Notes: a model not told the origin generated them from the letters alone. Numbered from the stretch's first letter, positions 31,286 through 41,403 are shown. The stretch: DNA of 64,000 bases from Vicinamibacterales bacterium (GCA_965220695.1 OZ244838.1:3597713-3661712), one strand, 5' to 3'. Translations and numbers: made by a program.

Positions 31286-33199
31286 TCACGATGTGGTTGT
31301 CTGTGCAGATGGGGCAGCCGGCTGCAACGGCGCCGACCCGGACGCAATCTGCGCGGTCACCGCCGCCACGATCCGCCGGGACGAAATGCCGAACCGATCG
31401 AGCAACTGGTCCGGCTTGCCGCTGCGCGGCACCGCCCGCACCGCCAGCCGCTGGACCCCGATGCCATACGCGGCCAGCGCATCGCTGACCGCATCACCCA
31501 GACCACCGGCGGCATAGTGATCTTCGACCGTGATCAGCCGCTGGCCGGTCGCCCGACCGGCGCGCACCAGCGTCTCGGTGTCGATCGGCTGCACCGAGTA
31601 GGCATCGATGACCCGCAGGTTGATGCCCGACGCGCGCAGCTCGTCGTGGGCGGCCAGCGCCTGGAACACGGTGATGCCGGCGGCGACCACCGTTGCCACG
31701 TCATTGGCGCTGGCCCGCAGCACCTTGGAACCGCCTATCGCGAACTCGTCGTCGGGCCCGTAGATGACCGGCGTCTTCGGACGCGACGTGCGCATGTAGG
31801 TCATCCCCCGGTGCGCCGCCGAGGCGATCACCAGACGGGCGGCGCTGACCCCGTCGCACGGGTAGAGCACGACGCACGCCGGCACCGCGCGCATCATCGC
31901 CAGGTCCTCAAGCGCCATCTGAGACGGACCATCCTCGCCGATCGAGATGCCGGCGTGGGACCCGGCGAGCTTCACGTTGACGTTTCCGATGCCGCCCATG
32001 CGGATGAAGTCGGCCGCGCGAGAGAGAAAACAGGCGAACGTCGACGGAAAGGGGATGGCGCCCCGGGCGGCGAGTCCGAGCGCGGCGCCGACCATGACCT
32101 GTTCGGCGATGAACGTCTGGTAGAACCGTTCCGGATGCTGCTGCTCGAACTTCTCGCTGAAGGTGGAGTTCTTGACGTCGGCGTCGAGCGCCACCACGCG
32201 ACGGTCGAGCGCCCCGAGCGCGGCGAGCGCGGCGCCGTACGCCTCCCGCGTCGCCACCAGACTTCCCGGCGCGTACACCGGCAGCGCCACGGCGCCAAGG
32301 TCAGGTGCGGCGGCCTGTCGGGCGCCGGGCGGCGGCGCGGGTATCGCAGGAACGGGAAGATCGTCGCCGAACTGGCCCTCGAGCTCGGCCAACGCACGGT
32401 CGAGATCGCCGCCCTTCAGCGGCTTCCCGTGCCACCCGTCGCGGCCTTCGATGAACGAGATCCCCTTCCCCTTGAGTGTCCGCGCCAGAATCATCGTGGG
32501 CCGGCCGGCCGTGCGCGCCGCTTCGTCGAGCGCGTCGAGCAGGCCCGCCAAGTCATGGCCGTCGACCACCAGCGCCTGCCACCCGAACGCGCGCCAGCGT
32601 GCGGCGAACGCCTCCATGTCGTGGCCCCACTGGGTCGCCCGGCTCTGCCCCAGCCCGTTGACGTCGGTGACGGCGCACAGATTGTCGAGACCCAGACGCG
32701 CCGCCGCCTGCGCCGCCTCCCAGACCGAGCCCTCGGCCGATTCGCCGTCGCCCAGCAGCGCATAGGTGCGGTAGCTCGACCCGATGCGCCGGGCATTGAG
32801 CGCAATGCCGACCGCGGCGCAAATGCCCTGACCGAGCGACCCGGTGGCGACATCCACCCACGGCAACCGCGGTGTCGGGTGCCCCTCGAGATCGGAACCG
32901 ATCTCGCGGAGCGTCGCCAGCGCATCGCGGGAGATGATCCCCGCCTCGGCCCAGGCGGCGTAGAGCACCGGCGCCGCGTGTCCCTTCGACAGCACAAACC
33001 GGTCGTTCTGCTCGTTCGCCGGGTCCCGCGGGTCGAACCGCATCTGCCCGAAGAAGAGCGCCGCGATGATCTCGGCGGCCGAGCAACAGCTTGTCGGATG
33101 TCCGCTGCCGGCGGCACTGGTGGCGCGCACCGACTCGATACGGAGCCGGGTCGCAACATTCCGAAGAGCGGAGACTTGATCAGCGCGATCGACTGGCAA
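31286..33199 (-). CDS. tkt: Transketolase (single-chain, animal-type subgroup)
   Basis: GSGHPTSC, LSKGHAAP, EGHPTP, TGSLGQG, GDGE TPP motif, GEDGPSQM; TTG start after GGAGG. Confidence 0.93.
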   Translation of the reverse strand: MPVDRADQVSALRNVATRLRIESVRATSAAGSGHPTSCCSAAEIIAALFFGQMRFDPRDPANEQNDRFVLSKGHAAPVLYAAWAEAGIISRDALATLREIGSDLEGHPTPRLPWVDVATGSLGQGICAAVGIALNARRIGSSYRTYALLGDGESAEGSVWEAAQAAARLGLDNLCAVTDVNGLGQSRATQWGHDMEAFAARWRAFGWQALVVDGHDLAGLLDALDEAARTAGRPTMILARTLKGKGISFIEGRDGWHGKPLKGGDLDRALAELEGQFGDDLPVPAIPAPPPGARQAAAPDLGAVALPVYAPGSLVATREAYGAALAALGALDRRVVALDADVKNSTFSEKFEQQHPERFYQTFIAEQVMVGAALGLAARGAIPFPSTFACFLSRAADFIRMGGIGNVNVKLAGSHAGISIGEDGPSQMALEDLAMMRAVPACVVLYPCDGVSAARLVIASAAHRGMTYMRTSRPKTPVIYGPDDEFAIGGSKVLRASANDVATVVAAGITVFQALAAHDELRASGINLRVIDAYSVQPIDTETLVRAGRATGQRLITVEDHYAAGGLGDAVSDALAAYGIGVQRLAVRAVPRSGKPDQLLDRFGISSRRIVAAVTAQIASGSAPLQPAAPSAQTTTS

Positions 33200-33469
33200 G
33201 GGAGACCTCCGGGGCACGAAGTGTAGCACGCCGCCCGAACCCGCGAGCGGGCCTGCACGCGTGGTTGCAGCCGGCCTCAGCTCAAGCAACGTCCGCCGAT
33301 GACCCGCGGCTCACACGACGCATCGTCTATGACCATGGCGGCGAGCGATGGCCGTCCGGGTCTCAGGTGACACGAAAAAGCGAAATATTTACGAATGTCG
33401 TTCGAAAACTAACATTCGATGGATCCCTTGAATTCGATCACGATTGTCTCTAGTCTGATCGGTGTGGAC

Positions 33470-36028
33470 CGAGTCGCAAAGCCCACTTCACCGTCACACG
33501 CGGGCGGGCAATCCCTTTCTCGGGTCGGAGAGCGACCTCGTCATCGTGTCGCTCGACACGCTCACTGGCGAGCTGACGTTCGGGACGCTAGCAGTCCGTG
33601 GTGAAACCCCGCGTTGCACCGAGAACGGCGATGCGCCCGCATGGGCGTCTTCCAGCGGTGGCTCGCCAGCTCCACGCTGGCGGTGCTGCGCTCCTTCGAG
33701 CGGCGCATCGAGAAACTCGAACGCACCATCGCCGACCTGCGGTCGGGGAAAGTCAGCGCCACCGATCTGCATCGCCGGCAGCGTGGACTCGACCGTGAGC
33801 ACAGCGAGGACTTCTTCGACACGCACAGCGCCGACGAGGACGCCCGCGACGACGGCGCCGGCGAACGGAACGAAGACTACGAAGACGCCGTGCTGGGGGC
33901 GGTGGTCGCCGTCACCATCGACGAGCTGACGCTTGAGATCGACACGCTCGCCGGACTGAGCGAGCGGGCGCGCGGACTCGTCGAGTCGGGCCGCGAGTCG
34001 AAGTTCGAGACGCTGCGTGAGGTCGTGGAGGACACGCGCTACAGCGGCGAGAAGTGGCTCATTTTCACCGAGCACCGTGACACGGCGGACTACCTGGTCC
34101 GCCGCCTCGAGGGACTCGGATTCTCAGGGCACATCGCGCAGATTCACGGCGGCTTGGACTGGCGCGAACGGGAAGAACAGGTCGAGCGCTTCCGGCGGCC
34201 GGACGGCGCGCGCTTCCTTGTCGCCACCGACGCCGCGGGCGAGGGCATCAACCTCCAATTCTGCCGGCTCATGGTGAACTACGACATCCCCTGGAACCCG
34301 GCGCGACTCGAACAGCGGATGGGCCGTATCCACCGCTACGGCCAGACGCAAGATGTTCGCATCGTCAACCTCATCGCCGGCAGCACGCACGAAGGCCGGG
34401 TGCTGCAGGTGCTGCTCGACAAGCTCGACACCATTCGCGAGGAGCTGCGGTCCGACAAGGTGTTCGACGTCATCGGACGGCTCTTCGAGAACAGGTCGCT
34501 CCGGGAATACATGATCGAGGCGCTGACCGAGGAGGGCGAGCAGCGCGTGCTCGACCAGGTCACGCGCACGCTCGACGGCAACCCCATCGGCGCAATCGAA
34601 GAGGAGGAAGCACGAGTCTACGGCCGGCCGGGGGAGGTGGCGGAGCACCTTTCCGCGCTTCGCGACGACATGGAACGCGAGCGTTACCTGCAGCTTCTGC
34701 CTGGCTACGTGCGACGGTTCGTCGAGAAGAGCGCCGCGCTGCTCGACCTGGAGATCCGCGCCGATATCGACGACTTCTTCTCCCTCGCCCCCCGACGACC
34801 GGGCGCTCTCGACGAGCTGTTCCCTGCACTCGAAAGCTACCCGGCGGCGGCGCGCGAGCGCCTGTGCGTCCGGCGGCCCGCCGCGGACGCGCCCTGCATC
34901 TGGCTGCACCCCGGCGAGCCGGTTTTCGACGCCCTGTCCGCACAAATCATGAAGCGGTTCGCACGCGACGCCTTGCGCGGCGGTATCTTCACCGACCCGA
35001 AGGCGAACGCCCCCTATTTCTTCCACTTGGCGCTGGCCTCGGTGGAGCAGGCGTCCGATGACGACGAACTGCCCGTCCCGAATCGCATCTCGACCGGCGT
35101 CCCAAGACCTGGCGAACGCCAGGTACTCGAGCGCCGCCTGCTCGGGCTTCGGCAGGGCGCAGACGGCGCGCCTGCCGATTACCCCGTCGAGCATCTGCTC
35201 CTGCTGCACGGCGCCCCCGGCATCCCCCCCGGCGCGGTTCCGCTGGCCAGCCGGGGCATCGCCATGCGGGCGGCCGCTGCGAGCTACGCCGAGCGGGTCG
35301 CAATGCAGCTTGCGGAGGATCGCCGGGACGCGCTGCGCCTTGAGCTGCCCGAACGACGTCGCCAGACCGGCGTCGGCCTCGACCTTCGCGCCGCCGATTT
35401 GGCCAACCGCCGAGCCAAGCTGTCGAACTCCGCCGCAGACCGCGCCGGCAATCGGGACGACCTCGACGCGATCAAGCGGGAGCAACGCGCGCTTTCCGCA
35501 GAACGAACCCAGGCCCTCGCGCGAATCGAGACCGCGCCAGAGCGGATCTCGCCGGGCCCGGTCCGCTTCCTCGCCCACGCCCTGACCGTGCCCGCCCGCG
35601 GGTCCGAAGAGCTGGAGCGCTATGATGCCCGGGTCGAGGAAATCGCCGTCCGTATCGCCGTCGCGTGGGAACAGGACCGGGGTTCGACGGTGCAGGATGT
35701 CTCCAGGCCAGAGGCCGCACGCCTTGCCGGACTCCCGGATTGGCCCGGGTTCGATCTGCTTGCGACTCTGCCGGAGGGAGGCGTGCGAAACATCGAAGTG
35801 AAGGGCCGGACCGGACGCACGGCCGTCCAGATGGAGGCCAACGAGTGGAAACAGGCATGCCACCTCCAGGAGCGCTACTGGCTCTACGTCGTGTTCAATT
35901 GCGCGACGCCCAACCCGGAGCTCGTTCGGGTGTGCAATCCATTCGCCAGGCTGTTCGCCCGAAGCCGCGAGTCGTCCGCCTACACCATCTCTCCCAAGTC
36001 GCTCATAGCGATGGCGGAGCAAACCTGA
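33470..36028 (+). pseudogene. 5'-deleted SNF2-type helicase with C-terminal DUF3883 nuclease (defence-system component)
   Basis: Fragment NPFLG..DLVIVSLDTL interrupted by a MITE end at 33588; resumes at MGVFQRWLASST, IFTEHRDT, ATDAAGEGINLQ, PWNPARLEQRMGRIHR; GFDL..IEVKGR..NEW; Walker A and DEAH region absent. Confidence 0.8.
33588..33624 (+). mobile_element. Solo MITE left end
   Basis: CTAGCAGTCCGTGGTGAAACCCCGCGTTGCACCGAGA, near-identical to 22708-22744. Confidence 0.85.
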
Positions 36029-36038
36029 TGGGAAGAGC

Positions 36039-36455
36039 ATGGGAATCGTGACCGCAAGCGGCATCAGCAGCAATCCGGCCGACCGCGATCGAAGCTGGGC
36101 AGGACACTTCCTGGTCGATACCGCCGCAACCGACAGTCTCGTCCCAAGGCAGCATCTGGAAGCCATCAGCCTTGCACCCGAAGCGCAGCGAACGTACATA
36201 TTGGCCGACGGCCGAGAAGTCAGGGTGGACGTTGCGGTCGCACGAATTGAACTCCCGGGGGAACTCGTCGGCGGCGCCATTCTGTTTCGCCACGCCGACG
36301 CCGAACCGCTGCGCGCCGGCGCGGCCCTGGAGTCGCTGGGTATCGATGTCGACCCGACGCGCCACCGGCTGAAAAAGCTGCCGGCCGTGCGGCTCAAGGG
36401 ACGTCGGACGAGCATCGATACCCAGAATTTCGCCAGCCATCTCAGGACACGATGA
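36039..36455 (+). CDS. Clan AA (retropepsin-like) aspartyl protease, possibly decayed
   Basis: FLVDTAATDSLVP (DTG changed to DTA), LADG, EPL.AGAALESLG..VDP. Confidence 0.75.
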   Translation: MGIVTASGISSNPADRDRSWAGHFLVDTAATDSLVPRQHLEAISLAPEAQRTYILADGREVRVDVAVARIELPGELVGGAILFRHADAEPLRAGAALESLGIDVDPTRHRLKKLPAVRLKGRRTSIDTQNFASHLRTR

Positions 36456-36976
36456 CCGGACGGAAGAGGATTCTCATCATCGCCGGCCCGAACGGCGCGG
36501 GCAAGACAACGTTCGCGATGGAATTCCTGCCACACGAGGCGGATTGCCAGATCTTCGTCAACGTCGATCTGCTTGCCGCCGGATTGAGTCCGTTCGCACC
36601 GCAGCGAACGGCTTTTCGGGCAGGCCGGATGATGTTGAATGAAATCCACGAACACGCGAGACGTGGAGACACATTCGCCTTCGAGTCGACGTTGAGTGGT
36701 CGCGGTTACGCTCGTTCCATCCCGGTCTGGCAAGAGCAAGGCTACCAGGTGTCGCTGTTCTTCCTGCAGTTACCGACACCGGAGTTCGCCGTGCATCGCG
36801 TCAGACAACGGGTGCTTGAAGGAGGGCATGACGTGCCGACACAGATCGTTCGCCGCCGGTTCCACGCCGGATGGCACAACTTCGAGACACTGTATCGTGA
36901 CCTCGTAGACGTGTGGGTCCTGTACGACAACTCCGGCGACGTTCCGCTGTTGCTCGCAGAAGGGAATCGGACATGA
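36452..36976 (+). CDS. Zeta-toxin-like P-loop ATPase/kinase (COG4185-type)
   Basis: IAGPNGAGKTT, FESTLSG, RVRQRV.EGGHDVP, YDNSG. Confidence 0.88.
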   Translation: MTGRKRILIIAGPNGAGKTTFAMEFLPHEADCQIFVNVDLLAAGLSPFAPQRTAFRAGRMMLNEIHEHARRGDTFAFESTLSGRGYARSIPVWQEQGYQVSLFFLQLPTPEFAVHRVRQRVLEGGHDVPTQIVRRRFHAGWHNFETLYRDLVDVWVLYDNSGDVPLLLAEGNRT

Positions 36977-37788
36977 CTGCGCACAATGCGGGCAACGGTC
37001 CGCCACGTGACCCGCGCATGAGCGGCGCTGCCGCAGCCATGCAGAGGGCCGCCGCAGCCGCGACACGACGAGCCGCACGCACCAGGGCGGCGGTATCGGC
37101 GCCCAGCGGTCCCGGCATCGCTTCAAAGTCACTCGACGAACGGCATCCGTCATTCGACGACGTCATCGGCAGGTCATTGAATGAATCGGAGCGTACGCTA
37201 ATTTGGGTCGCCGACAATATCAATGGCCTGACAGTACCGGGCATGTCGGACAGCAAGCGCCTCACCTTGGCCGCGAGCTGTCTGCACGTGGCCATCGAGC
37301 ATGGACAAGCAATCGTCATACTTGTAGAGGAGAAGTGTTTCGGTTCCGCCCTGGCGCTCCAAAGGCCGCTGATCGAAGCATTCTGGAGAGGGCTGTGGCT
37401 GCGTTACTCTGCAACGGACGAAGAAGTCGACCGTGCCGCAGAAGACGCATTTCCTTCCATGTCGCGCATCATTCAGTCGGTCGACACCAGCTTCGGTGGT
37501 GACGAATTCTCCCGTCTGAAGGAACGATCGTGGAACTACATGTGCAGCTATGTGCACACGGGCGCGCAGCAAATCGGCGCGCGCATGTCGGTTGAAGGCA
37601 TTCGCTCGAACTACCGGCTCGACGAGCTTCATCAGGCATTGGTCTGGTCCAAAATGTTCCAGCTTGCTTCGGCGGCCCAATTCGCGGATGCGGCCGGCAA
37701 CGATTCTCTGACACAGAGGATTTTAGAACGCCTGAAGAAGACAGCTGGCGACGACGAGTCGACCTCCCGGCGTGTTCCGACGACGTAA
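36973..37788 (+). CDS. Ala-rich helical N-terminus fused to a DUF6988/HEPN-like helical domain
   Basis: ATGA overlap; DPRMSGAAAAMQRAA then a lower-GC domain with EHGQAI, SALAL.RP..EA..RG.W, CSYVHTG. Confidence 0.6.
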   Translation: MTAHNAGNGPPRDPRMSGAAAAMQRAAAAATRRAARTRAAVSAPSGPGIASKSLDERHPSFDDVIGRSLNESERTLIWVADNINGLTVPGMSDSKRLTLAASCLHVAIEHGQAIVILVEEKCFGSALALQRPLIEAFWRGLWLRYSATDEEVDRAAEDAFPSMSRIIQSVDTSFGGDEFSRLKERSWNYMCSYVHTGAQQIGARMSVEGIRSNYRLDELHQALVWSKMFQLASAAQFADAAGNDSLTQRILERLKKTAGDDESTSRRVPTT

Positions 37789-37833
37789 TGGCCACGGATG
37801 GGTGAGACCAACACAGGAGTGTTTTGGCGCCAT

Positions 37834-37884
37834 TGAGGCGCCCCCAGTTTTCTTGGACACGGATTAGGGGAGAATCCGATGTCA
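37834..37884 (+). mobile_element. IS3-family left terminal fragment
   Basis: TGAGGCGCCCCCAGTTTTCTTGGACAC resembles an IS3 IRL (TG...CGCCCC...GGACA), followed by a GGAG RBS and ATG, then truncated. Confidence 0.6.
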
Positions 37885-37929
37885 CAGGAGGTAGGGGGCA
37901 TGGTTCAGTCGAAGAGGGTGAAGGGAGCG

Positions 37930-38105
37930 GAGTCGGCGCCGACGGCGCGGCGGTGGGGTCGGGCGCCGCCGACCACCATATCTGCGCAACAGGCCGCCAG
38001 GCAATGGAACAGCGCGTAATAGGTCGTGCTGACCGCCCGGCGGAGGTTTGTCTCCCGATGCCGCCAAGTCCCTCGCCGTTGCCACGAAATCAAGCGCTTT
38101 CGCGA
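37930..38105 (-). pseudogene. HEPN-like protein remnant
   Basis: KALDFVATARDLAASG / frameshift / ETNLRRAVSTTYYALFHCLA..CAD; C-terminus lost. Confidence 0.7.
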
Positions 38106-38416
38106 TTCAGGTTCCGTTCCAGACGCGGCCATTCGGATTTCGTGATGAACGACGGGCTGGGAAACTCCCCTACCCCGGCTTCAATCAGCTTCGGGCGAAT
38201 TCGCCGAATCAACCCGGATGTCCAGTGGGGATCGAGGCCTTCCTGATCTCCGTCAAAGACGATCATTATGCGCAGGTAGGTCTGGCCGTCGCCGTCGCCG
38301 TATTCGTCGACAGTCGGTATGACCCTGATGGGATCGAACACGAATTCGTCGGCGAATCGCTCCTCAAGGGTTTTTCTGACAATTTCCGCGACCTTTGTAC
38401 GAAGTTCCTGATTCAT
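38090..38416 (-). CDS. Small acidic protein coupled to the HEPN remnant (MNT-like partner)
   Basis: 108 aa, GGAG RBS, VDEYGDGD..YLRIMIVFDG, PSPSFI; overlaps the HEPN start. Confidence 0.7.
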   Translation of the reverse strand: MNQELRTKVAEIVRKTLEERFADEFVFDPIRVIPTVDEYGDGDGQTYLRIMIVFDGDQEGLDPHWTSGLIRRIRPKLIEAGVGEFPSPSFITKSEWPRLERNLNRESA

Positions 38417-38548
38417 CGCTTGGCGTCTCCGTAGGCCCGCCCCGGGACTACCATCGATTCTACATCTGGTCCGACGGCTGCATATCGTGGTTCCGTCGTC
38501 GCGCCGCTGCCTTGACCCGACTTCGCCAACTGGGCACCAAGAAACCTG

Positions 38549-38561
38549 TAACTTATTGATT
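38549..38561 (-). promoter_or_regulatory. IHF-consensus site in an AT-rich island-boundary patch
   Basis: Reverse complement AATCAATAAGTTA fits WATCAANNNNTTR. Confidence 0.45.
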
Positions 38562-38668
38562 TAAAAGGGTCGATCACCCAAAGGTCGGCACTACACGACG
38601 CTGCGCGGCGGGCGTTGATCCACCGAGGCGCTGACGCCGATCTGGAGCCCGGGACCGCCTGGCCGCCC

Positions 38669-38785
38669 TCAATCGGGCAACGCGAACACGAACAGGCCGT
38701 TGCCCGTGTCGGGACGGCGTATTTCGGGGGTCAGCCGAAGAGGATGCGCCCGCTGCGATGCAACGCGACGAACTCGCCCAGGTTG
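38669..38785 (-). pseudogene. C-terminal scar of a PQQ dehydrogenase gene
   Basis: LTPEIRRPDTGNGLFVFALPD* is a typical quinoprotein C-terminus; upstream GNLGEFVAL..SGRILF in another frame. Confidence 0.55.
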
Positions 38786-38794
38786 CCGGGGCGG

Positions 38795-39250
38795 CTACGG
38801 ATCGACGAACTCGAAATCGGCCGGGCCGTCTCGACGCGCGAGCAGCACCGCGTCGGCGTCGGCGTGCGTGAACCATGCATGATGCGCCCTGGCCGGAATG
38901 ATGACGTAGCTGCCGGCGGTAGCCGTGTACCGGTCGCCGTCCATGACGATGTCGACGGCGCCTTCCAGCACGACCACCGTCTCGGTGAAGCTGTGCCAGT
39001 GCATGGCGAACTCGGACCCTGCCGGGAACCGCGCGAGGTAGGTCGGCCCGCCCGTCTCCGGATCCGTGGCAATCGGCGCGTTTCGAATTCCGGCCGGAAA
39101 TCCGGGGTTGTTGGTCGGCGGCCCCCACTCGGCCGCTTCCCAGTGCAGCACGAGCGGCGAGACCCCGTGCTGCACCTCCTGGGCGGCGACGACCGCCGGC
39201 AGCGCCACCAGGAGTGCGGCGGCGATCTGGAATGAACGCATTCGGTTCAC
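38795..39250 (-). CDS. Secreted cupin-domain protein
   Basis: Signal peptide, MHWHSFTE..VLEG, PARAHHAW; AGGAGG RBS. Confidence 0.82.
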   Translation of the reverse strand: MNRMRSFQIAAALLVALPAVVAAQEVQHGVSPLVLHWEAAEWGPPTNNPGFPAGIRNAPIATDPETGGPTYLARFPAGSEFAMHWHSFTETVVVLEGAVDIVMDGDRYTATAGSYVIIPARAHHAWFTHADADAVLLARRDGPADFEFVDP

Positions 39251-39405
39251 GTGACTGACCTCCTGTTCCCGCCCTGCCGCGAGCGCTGCTCGGAGGCGTG
39301 GGCGGTCTGGTGCTCGCGCCGAGCCAGTCTCGCACAGTCGGTTGCCGCCGCCAACGCCTGCTGCACCTCGAAGCACGCCCGGCTGCCGGCGCACGCCGGC
39401 GGCGG

Positions 39406-40911
39406 CTACTCGAGCGACGCGATCTTCTCCAGCGCCAGGACATAGTCGGCGCCGTCGAGGCCGTGGGCCTGATACCGGGTCGCCTGGCTGGCGAGGGTCT
39501 GGCGCGACTGGCGCTGGAAGCGGCGGTCGCCGGTGTGCGCCGCCAGGCGGGCCAGCACCACGGCGGCGCGGCAGTTGAGCGCGAACGGATGGTGCGGCTC
39601 ACACAGCAGCCCGATCGGGGCGTCGGCATCCGGGAGATCGGCGCGGACCCGATCGCGGAACCCGGCGCCCTCGTCCCACATCTGTTGTGCGCAGTAAAGC
39701 ATCAGCTCCTGGGGCGTATCCAGATAGACGTCCTGTCCGGCGAGGTCATACAGGTCCAGCAGCGCCTCGCTCGCCGCCACCTGGTCGGTCAGCAGCCCCC
39801 GCACCGCCGGGGCGCCGGTCGGCGCGTGCCCCACCCCGCCCCCGCGTTCGTAGGTCTCCATCACCACGCGGTCCACGGTGGCCGCGGCGAACTCGATCAA
39901 TGAGCGGTCGTCGAGCGCCTGTGACGCCGTCGTGTAGACGGAGGCCATGAACGCGCTCGCGTCGGTGTAGATGGTCCGATCGACAGGGGGCGCCCCGTGC
40001 TGCAGCCGCGCCTCGGGGGTCGCGAGCGCCGCGTACGCGGCGTCGGCGCGCTGGTTGGCGAAAAACCCGCCGTCCGGATCGGCGAACGTCCGGTGGACGA
40101 AGCGGATCGTTCCCGCCGCGCGTTCGGTGTAGTCGGGTCGATCGAGCACCGCGCCGGCAGCGAGATACAGCTCGATGAGCCGCGCATTGACCGACAGCAG
40201 TTTCTCGGTATGCGGCGCCGACCAGTCCGGCCGGTCGCAGTACCGAAAGAAACCTCCCTCGACCGCGTCGGCCAGCCCCCGCGTGGCGATCGCGTCCAGG
40301 GTGCGGGTGAGGATGTCTGTGAGCGGGGCCGTGCTCCCGGCGGCGATGCGCCGCAACCCGGCCAGCAACGCCGCCGGGTGAATCTGCTTCGCCTCTGAAC
40401 CGAACCCGGCCCAGGTCTGGTCGAACCTGGCGGTCAGCAGCGTCTCGAGCCATTGCCCGGCGTCCGTCTCGATCTCGCCGGTGTCCGGCGGCGCCGGATC
40501 GCGGGGATCGTCGGCCGCGGCGGACCGCGCCTCAATGTCGCCGCGGCAGGCGGCAAACGCATCGTCCACCTGCCGCAGTACGCTGACCAACCGTTCCGGT
40601 TCAAGATACGTCCCGCCGCCGAGGACGCTTCCCTCCGGAGTGAGAAAGGCGGTCGTCGGCCACCCGTGCACGGTGTACCGCTCGCTGATGTCGGGGCGGC
40701 GATCCGCATCGACCCGCACCGGCACGAAGCGGTCATTCACGAGTCGGACGACATCGGGATCGCGGTAGCCGACCCGGTCCATCTCGTCGGTCCACTGACA
40801 CCAGGCGGGTCCGAGCGCCAGCAGCACCGGTTTCTGTTCGCGAGCGGCGCCCGCGAAGGTGGACGCGCCCCACTCGCGCCAGCGGATGGAATCGGCCTCG
40901 GTCGTCGTCAC
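39406..40911 (-). CDS. DUF255 thioredoxin-domain / YyaL-like protein
   Basis: IRWREWG, WCQWT, VRVDADRRPDI..RY..GWPTT, GGFFRY, PHTEKLL. Confidence 0.85.
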   Translation of the reverse strand: MTTTEADSIRWREWGASTFAGAAREQKPVLLALGPAWCQWTDEMDRVGYRDPDVVRLVNDRFVPVRVDADRRPDISERYTVHGWPTTAFLTPEGSVLGGGTYLEPERLVSVLRQVDDAFAACRGDIEARSAAADDPRDPAPPDTGEIETDAGQWLETLLTARFDQTWAGFGSEAKQIHPAALLAGLRRIAAGSTAPLTDILTRTLDAIATRGLADAVEGGFFRYCDRPDWSAPHTEKLLSVNARLIELYLAAGAVLDRPDYTERAAGTIRFVHRTFADPDGGFFANQRADAAYAALATPEARLQHGAPPVDRTIYTDASAFMASVYTTASQALDDRSLIEFAAATVDRVVMETYERGGGVGHAPTGAPAVRGLLTDQVAASEALLDLYDLAGQDVYLDTPQELMLYCAQQMWDEGAGFRDRVRADLPDADAPIGLLCEPHHPFALNCRAAVVLARLAAHTGDRRFQRQSRQTLASQATRYQAHGLDGADYVLALEKIASLE

Positions 40912-40932
40912 TGGTGCAGCGCCAGGGCGCGG

Positions 40933-41403
40933 TCACTCCTCCGTGATGTCGGCCGACACGTCGATGTCGATGCAGCCGCGGACACTGTTCGCGGCGGGAC
41001 ATTTCGTCGCGTGCGTCGCCACCGCGCGCTCGGCGCGCGCGCGGGTGCCGGACGGGATCCGCAGGCGATAGTGCACTCGGATGCGCGTGATCCGGAGCAC
41101 CTTGTCGACCGCTTCGATGTCACCTTCAACGTCCGCCTGCACGTTCTCGCGGGGCGCCGGAATGTCGCGCACCTCCAGTGCGCGTGCCAGGGTGCCGAGC
41201 AGTCAACCGCCGACCGCGCCCACCATGTAGTCCAGCGTCGCCGGCACATCCTCGTCCGGCTCGACGCCGTAGAACGCCTTGATGCCGCCGTGGACCCCGA
41301 ACCGGATCGGCTCGTCGAACCCTTCCAGATACGCATGCCGCAGCGGGCCGGCGATCCGTTCGAGCCGCAACCGGCTCGTGTGCACCACATCTGCCATCGA
41401 CAT
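40933..41403 (-). CDS. OsmC-like selenoprotein, 156 aa
   Basis: AAAGGAG RBS; ...TLDYMVGAVGG-U(TGA 41203-41205)-LLGTLARALEVR...ITRIRVHYRL...KCPAANSVRGCI in one frame; hairpin CGCGCAC-TGGAG-GTGCGCG 18 nt after the UGA. Confidence 0.9.

Noticed and set aside
34124-36739. 871-aa antisense ORF and other long shadow ORFs (e.g. 24876-26774, 29569-31488, 31067-33226, 61075-63270)
   Set aside because: They overlap well-supported genes on the opposite strand, have no motifs, and are expected from high-GC codon bias
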